The translations under genes were made by a program, and so were the position numbers. From Phoronis australis (taxonomy: Eukaryota > Animalia > Phoronida): a stretch of DNA of 64,000 nt. The stretch lies in assembly GCA_002633005.1 (NCBI GenBank), contig NMRA01000097.1:84978-148977 (forward strand), written 5' to 3'. The notes under the pieces were generated by a model. That model was not told the origin of the DNA, searched no databases, and saw nothing but the letters and a program-made list of their open reading frames with translations. Within the stretch, counting starts at the first letter, position 1, and every line of letters starts with the position of its first letter. Below, piece by piece: positions 58,468 to 64,000 of this stretch.

Positions 58468-60382
58468 GTCGTTGTTTATATATTTATTTAAAGAGCATTG
58501 GGACTCTACCGCGTGGCTGCGTATCAAATTAGGGGTGATTTGTATTTTATAACGGAGGACATTATATCGGCCATCGATAAATGACTCCGCGAAACTAAAA
58601 CACTATACACCGCACTGAATTTCGACATAATGTAAAAATTTCTTCAAAAACTTACCACTAGGCGAGTAAACTGTCTTACATCTTGACACCCGTCTGCTTT
58701 TCGCTTCTTGTGATCATGAGAGTAAACAAAGGCTTTAGTGAACAAAAGTTTTCTATAATTAGTTTTTGTTTCCTGCGGTCCCATTTTTTGCTGTTAACTT
58801 ATTAAATACACCACTATTGTCACCAATTGAGAATATGTGTACTTCGATTTCCGTGGTGCAATTTTTAACATCTTGTTGTCCAGTGTTTGAGTTTCCCACC
58901 CCAGTACTTGAACTAGCAAGGGGAAGCTGATGGACAATTGTAGCTCCATTTTTAAGGTCCTTTCTGGGTTTCTGACCGACTATTTCCAGAGTAAAATTTT
59001 GTCTTTCACGGGTCATTGGGTGTTCAGTGCAGCACGATTGCTGGTTTTAAATCAGTTTAAGCCGACCTTGAAAATCTAACTGTCTGAAAAATGGCATACC
59101 GTGGTTGAGATTTTTGAGGGTTTCTGCAAGGCACAATCCAGAGTGTATTTTGTCTGCAGATCATAGGGCATTTAGTGATCTGTGACACGTATTGAATCTC
59201 ATGTAATTGTTTTTTGTGGTACCTCGAATGTATGTGCTAGCTCATTTTTGGGGGGTCTTTTTTGGTTTCTGCCGCACCCATTCCAGAGTGCAGTTTGTCT
59301 GTCATGGGTCATTCAATGTTCAGTGCGGTACTAGTGTTCGGTTTTAAATCAGTTTCGGCCGGTACCTCGAAAATCTAGCCTAGCTCAAATTTTGATGGCA
59401 TACCGTGGTTGAAATTTTTGGAGGTTTCTGCCGGGTACAACCCAGAGTGTATTTTATCTGTCATAGGGGTTTTCGTGTTCTGTGACATGTATTGCATCAT
59501 ATGGAATTGGTTTTGTGTGGTATCTCGAATGTATGTGCTAGCTCATTTTTGGGGGGTCCTTTTTTGGTTTCTGCCGCACCCATTCCAGAGTGCAATTTGT
59601 CTGTCATGGGTCATTCGGTGTTCAGTGCGGTACTATTGTTCGTTAGTAAATCAGTTTTGGTTGGTACCTCGAATATCTAGTCTATAGCTCATTTTCTGGG
59701 CCCTTTGTAAGGCCCCCAGGGGTCACACCCCAGAGTGCAGACAACAGCAGACGTCCATTTCTGTACATATTGAGGTGGACTCTAAATGCTTCCGTGGTCA
59801 GATGTTGATACCTCATTCATCTATGCTAAGTGCTCTGGGCTGCCGGTCTATTGTGATATCCTAGATCCGCCACTGAAGTCGGCTGCTCAAAGGACGATTT
59901 AGAGGGTTACGTGAACAATTTCCCTTGGATTGTAATTGGCAACTACGTTAAGACATACTAGATCCGACAGTGGACACGTCCACAAAAATAAAATTTGCTG
60001 TTAGGACGAGGAGTGATCAATGACGCTTTTACCAAGTTACAATCTGCGAAAAAATTCACAAAACTTGTTTACTAAAGCAAGCTCATTTCTCTTATTCTAA
60101 GTTGTTTGAGTCCCCTAGTGCGGTACTTTTATGAAAATGTTGTACGAATTTAATCAGCAAAGTTATTACACTCTATCACAGTGCTAAACGAAAGTATAGG
60201 TGGCGCTGTGTCAGAGGGTACAAAGTTCTTGGACAGCCTACCCACTTCCCCGGTGGACAGTTCACCCTATAAATGCGACTTTATGTTAGCCGAGGCTTTC
60301 TAATGTTCCAATGAGTGTTTCAATTGCTCTTACATTCTGTATGTATTTTCATGTATATTTTCTATAAGTTTTATAAGTTCAG

Positions 60383-60519
60383 TATAAATCGGTAAATAAA
60401 ACAACAAGAATGGATCAACTGAAATTTGAAATTTTCGGATGTAACAACTTCCTTTATCAACAAAAACAGAAATAATATTTCAGTTGATCCATTCTTGTTG
60501 TTTTATTTACCGATTTATA
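60383..60519. repeat. Perfect 43-bp inverted repeat with 51-nt spacer
   Basis: 60383-60425 is the exact reverse complement of 60477-60519. Confidence 0.9.
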
Positions 60520-61352
60520 TTCTTCATTTCATGAAACAATAGTATCCTTGGGAGGATCTGGATCGCCTTATTTAGTTGCAGATATATTTTCTACGTTATA
60601 AGTTCAGTCAAATCCAAAGAGAAGTTCTCTTTGACTTGGTTTACCACATAATGTAGGCTCCATGTTGGAGCATAGTCTTATAATCTATTTGCAGTATAGG
60701 TGGCGCTGTGTCAGAGGGTATAGTTGGAGTAAACCCGCATACCACGGGATCTCAACGGAGTCCGCTCATTGGCCAGTTTAGCGGAAGAAAAGGATAAAAC
60801 GCGGGAAATTCACCCTCCTGTTGCGAAAAGGAATTGGAGTGTGGAGTAAAAACCATTCTTTTGGTGATAAAACAGCAATAAAAATGGTACACACGGGAAA
60901 AACATCGAAAAATGCGAAACAGGGTGAGTTATTTTTCTGTATTAAAATGTTTTTCAACTTGCTAATGTTGCAACAGGTGGTCGGATCTCGTTAGGGGTTC
61001 ACGTCACGATGTTGTGGACACTCCTCTCGACTTTCTTGAATAAAGAAAGCATTCCTTGAAGATGTAATTACTGTTCATCTCGTTACAAGTTTTGAAGACT
61101 TAACTGCTGCCGGAGAACAGTTGAGAACTTTTAACTTTTCTCAAGCTTCCGCAGCCCATGACCTAATTAGTTGACCTCGATTTGTAGACCGGTAGCTACC
61201 ATGATAAAATCCCAAGCGTTCTATTTCTGGTTTAATGTATTGTCCAGAAGACTGCACTTTTACTTTTACCGACTAGGTGGATACTTTTGTTTATTTGGTC
61301 GCGAGTTACAGGCAAAAGAAATAAGAGAATTCAAAATAAAACTGGTATGGGT

Positions 61353-61455
61353 CACAGGCGTCCTCAGCTTTTGATCGTCCCCAATACACTACATATAATA
61401 CTACTAGTATTATATGTAGTGTATTGGGGACGATCAGAAGCTGAGGACGCCTGTG
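61353..61455. mobile_element. 103-bp fully palindromic MITE with 8-bp TSD (P- or hAT-type)
   Basis: 51-bp arms with one mismatch and a 1-nt loop. Ends CACAGGCG..CGCCTGTG. TSD gtatgggt at 61345-52 and 61456-63. Confidence 0.88.
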
Positions 61456-63365
61456 GTATGGGTCATTGTCTGCGACCACGTTTCGTCGTTGCGTTCTTTT
61501 TGTACGTAGATCTGGGTGACACACATACCGTATTACCCGGAATATAAGTGATAGTCCTATGCATAATCGAATACAGACCTCTGACGTTATGTTCTGTTCG
61601 TATACTGGCATTCGGCTCTTTGGAATTGTTTATGTGTGGTTTATTGGAGAAATATTTGTTGCTTTGTCATCATTTCTTGCTTTCTTACTAAGTCAACATG
61701 TATTCTGTTTTTTGTCAAAACTCAAGTGACCTTTTTGTAGGTTTCTGAACTCCGATTTTTTTGTCACACTGCGTTCAAAATTGGCATGCGTAGTATCAAA
61801 CAGCACACTTTTTACTAGTTTGCGAAGTTTCAAAGTCTTACTATCCAAATTAAATAGCAAATATTGCTACCTTTTTGTAGATGTACCTCTTTTTTGCCCA
61901 AAACACATTCCGACAGAAGTTGCAATATGCTTGCTATGATTTTAGTGTGTGAATATTTTATTTCTCTGATGATTGTGCACATTTGTTTACTTTCACCTGA
62001 AAGTTAGCATTCAAGATGGCACCTTTGGCCACTGTGTTGTATTTTTCACTTGACATAGAAATGTCCCAACGGATTGTATTCTGTATGAAATACTCTACTA
62101 CCACAATTTTTCTCGGTTACGGTTTGATATTTGAGAATTTTCAAATAAATGAGCGTAACATCTTTTTGGTTTGAATTGTTTTGACACTATTGAAGTAGAT
62201 ATTGAGGTGTCCTTTCAGAATATGTTCTTGTTTTTTCATCCAATATTTTGCTGTTGATTTATTCAAAAAATTTATGACAGCTTTGAAGTACATCTGCTGG
62301 TGAATGCTCGATGATTGATTGGAATTTCTTGCTTATCTCCAGCGAAATGTGAGTGGATAGATCTCATCAAGGGGTATCTGCAGCGATGTCTGCATTCTCA
62401 ATTGTTTTCAGTGTCATCCCGTTTTATTTTCTTAATTTGAATTCCCCTACTGTAACTCTTCAAACTGCATTCATGTTTTTGTTTGTTTTTGGTGTGTTAT
62501 TTGTACAGTATTTTATAATCTTTGTCATTACTTAACAATTTAGTCATGACATATTGGCAAAAAGAAAAGACTGATATCCTTAACAACCATATGACCATTT
62601 GTGTTCAAGCATTTGCCACTTTGATGTTGTCTATGTGTGATATGTTTTTGTTCGTTTTTACTGATTTAATATTTTCATGGAATGCTTTGAGTCAAGCAGT
62701 ATTTTATACTCTTAGACATTAGTTAACATTTTGTTCTTGGCTGATTGGAAAAAATGATAATTGGCCTTACGTCAAAAATAATGTTATGACATAATATTCT
62801 ATGTCATTTGTCGAAAATAACTTCATGACCTTATATTGTAAATCATTTGCGTCTCAGAAACCCATATTTTTTAGATTATAAGACTGAGGCCTTATATTCA
62901 CCGGGTAAGACAATTTAGTCCAGGAATATGTAAAGCAATCTTTCAAAAGGCCCGTGCTTATAAAACAGTTTGCAAAGATGGTTCGGCTTGAATTTATATA
63001 TTATTATATAAATCTAATAAGGTTTTCATTTATGTACAGACTGCAAACTTACAGATTACAAAAAATGAAATAACACAGAAAGCAGTTTTTATGTAAATAA
63101 CATGAGGAATCAATTAAAAACATCAAAGCAATGTTTTGAGGATGTCTGTGAAGTGGCTCCAGACAATTGGCCCATGTGACTTGGATGGTGAAATCTTGCT
63201 GCTTACTCCATGTGGCCAGCCGCTGCCTTGGTATCATCTGCAGGGCTTGAAATGACCCATGACAAAAAGAGGAAATTTTTCACTGCCCCCAAATACACAT
63301 TGCAATCTAAATGAGCATATGTCAACAGATCAAAAATAAAGAGTTTTATCACAAGAGGCCCTGTA

Positions 63366-64000
63366 ATTACTCTGCGCGTGTAAGCGCAGAGTACTGTTGT
63401 TCCTGGGTTTTCTTCAATTTTATTCTTATTCTTCTTATTCTTATTCTTCTTCCGACCAAATTTGAGGCTTAATAACTCCAAATTTGGTTCAGGTACGGTC
63501 TTTAAATTCAGCATATGACTTTTGACAGTGTATAAATTTTGATTGGTTATATAATTATATTCCATATTGCACCGGAAGAGGTCGTTTGGTGCAAAGGTCA
63601 TGTAATTTTCGAAATGCTACTTCAGTTTTAAAGCTATCTTTTTCAAATTCGGTGCACAGGTACAAGTCAACATGACAATTTAAAAAATTACTTTTCTAAG
63701 TAATCTGGTCATCCAAACAGGTGAAATAGGTCAAAGGTCATTAGGTGCAAACTAAAATTTTGAGCTAGAAACTTCAAATTGACAGGTTTGATTGCCACAG
63801 ATAAATGAAATCGGAATCCAAAGTTTCAGGTCATTTAGTGCAAACATGGGGTCATTAGGTGCATTTTTCTTCTGAAAATTTGACCTTTTCAATCAGCAAG
63901 TATTCTGATGTGTCAACCGTTAGACAACTGTGATTCTCAGCGTTAAACACATTTTCCATGGGCTTTGCAATAATTCTCCTAAAGATGCTTAAAATGCACC
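63366..64000 (+). mobile_element. 5' part of a second HINE-like family (runs off the window)
   Basis: Hairpin tactctgcgc/gcgcagagta (63368-93), then a (TTC/TTA)n microsatellite, then ggtcattaggtgca / aggtcaaaggtca subrepeats. Confidence 0.6.

Larger units (their letters stand above)
54341..59850 (-). mobile_element. Academ-superfamily DNA transposon (internally deleted) with long, tandem-repeat-filled TIRs
   Basis: Termini TAGACCGGCA..TGCCGGTCTA, 3-bp TSD ttg (54338-40, 59851-53), TIRs of ~0.85-1.25 kb, and an XPG-like transposase remnant inside. Confidence 0.85.
53765..59875. mobile_element. 5-bp-TSD MITE (hAT5-like, ~600 bp of its own sequence) hosting the Academ insertion
   Basis: Ends cataggcggatttagg / cctagatccgccactg. 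TSD aagtc at 53760-64 and 59876-80. Confidence 0.8.

Noticed and set aside
57706-58527. Intact 273-aa recombinase gene
   Set aside because: YR motifs are split across frames and the catalytic Tyr is out of frame; it is a pseudogenic fragment.
54480-59687. Mirror-image ORFs (MELVLCG.., MRFLGVSAG..)
   Set aside because: Translations of the Academ TIR repeats, not genes.

Overview
Eukaryotic, AT-rich, intron-containing DNA from an animal, most likely a bilaterian invertebrate (inference; the species cannot be determined here). I reconstructed five spliced genes by reading splice sites and frames by hand: the last coding exon of an RWDD1-like gene (+), an OARD1/TARG1 macrodomain gene (-), an UNC-93-family membrane protein with a long repetitive N-terminus (+), and RAB21 (-) head-to-head with TBC1D15/17 (+). 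The rest is rich in transposons: Helentron-type non-autonomous elements (HINEs), MITEs with TA, 5-, 6- and 8-bp TSDs, a truncated RTE-like LINE, and a three-level nest at 53.8-59.9 kb (5-bp-TSD MITE > Academ element > DIRS/Ngaro tyrosine-recombinase fragment). The most striking observation is a HINE whose internal ~148-bp satellite carries one co-oriented CTCF-consensus-like motif per monomer; two copies lie in convergent orientation around the UNC93-like gene. There is an assembly gap at 18508-19332. No database searches were possible, so family calls rest on recognised motifs and novelty is unverified.
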